Assembly: GCA_964016885.1 (NCBI GenBank)
Contig: OZ024741.1
Location: forward strand, 80,662,001 to 80,726,000
DNA length: 64,000 nucleotides
Origin: Eledone cirrhosa
Taxonomy: Eukaryota
Direction: 5' to 3'
Position 1 is the first letter of the stretch, and each line of letters starts with the position of its first letter. Positions 63,534-64,000 of the stretch are shown in pieces. The position numbers were made by a program, and so were the translations under genes. The notes below the pieces were generated by a model, which saw only the letters and a list, made by a program, of their open reading frames with translations, did no database searches and had not been told where the DNA came from.

Positions 63534-64000
63534 CAGGGTGCGGACGATATTTGTTCGCAAGATTACTGTCTAGGAAAAAATAACACAGTAGTTTTATTTT
63601 TTAAGATATATTTATCAAACTTGGGTCAGTTTGTCTTCATGACTTGTTCTTTCAATCTCACTTGATAAACCCGCCATTGGCTTTGATGACGGCCTCAAGG
63701 CGGCCTCGGAACCGGCTACAGGCCTTCGTCACTGTCCTCCGACTTAGGCCCCTAAAGGCACTTGTGATCCTGGCCTTCAGATCATCTTTCGTATTGCAGC
63801 TAGATCTGTTGGTGTCTCGTTCCACTGCGCCCCACACAAAGAAGTCGAGGAGGTTGCAGTCAGGTGAGCTGGGAGGCCAGATGTCAGGTGAAGTGTGGTC
63901 GACGAAGTTCTCTGACAGCCAGGCTTGGGTCTTTCGGCTGGTATGGCAGGGCGCTGAGTCTTGCTGCCACACGTACGACCTACCTGCAGTTACCTGGTCA
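63534..64000 (-). mobile_element. Tc1/mariner-superfamily DD37D (maT) transposon, 3' end; continues beyond the window
   Basis: TA target followed by a CAGGGTG terminus at 63534, with the transposase C-terminus on the - strand. Confidence 0.88.
63658..64000 (-). CDS. DD37D transposase C-terminal catalytic region (partial)
   Basis: WQQDSAPCH...WPPSSPDCNLLDFFVW has 37 residues between the 2nd and 3rd catalytic Asp. It ends RLEAVIKANGGFIK* with no stops. Confidence 0.9.
   Translation of the reverse strand, partial: DQVTAGRSYVWQQDSAPCHTSRKTQAWLSENFVDHTSPDIWPPSSPDCNLLDFFVWGAVERDTNRSSCNTKDDLKARITSAFRGLSRRTVTKACSRFRGRLEAVIKANGGFIK

Overview
AT-rich, microsatellite- and SINE-dense animal genomic DNA. 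The repeat style suggests a coleoid cephalopod such as Octopus (inference). The window is probably intronic, with one convincing 108-bp host exon at 58081-58188 and two weaker candidates. Recognisable mobile elements include a young, 5'-truncated but uninterrupted Tx1/L1-clade LINE ORF2 (24877-27990) plus an older decayed copy, a DD37D (maT) transposase running off the right edge, decayed RTE and CRE LINE fragments, a chain of non-autonomous Helitron-like elements, hAT and piggyBac-like MITEs, tRNA-derived SINEs with clean TSDs, and several 46-49 bp minisatellites. The most interesting signal is non-coding: small elements embedded in (TA)n microsatellites that carry type I hammerhead ribozyme (HHR) motifs. 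One is a 767-nt, terminally redundant, retrozyme-like unit whose HHR has an intact core and an unusually large branched stem II (56243-57136). Another is a perfect 117-bp inverted repeat with an HHR-like motif in each arm (28368-28683). All calls were made by eye; no database search or folding program was run.
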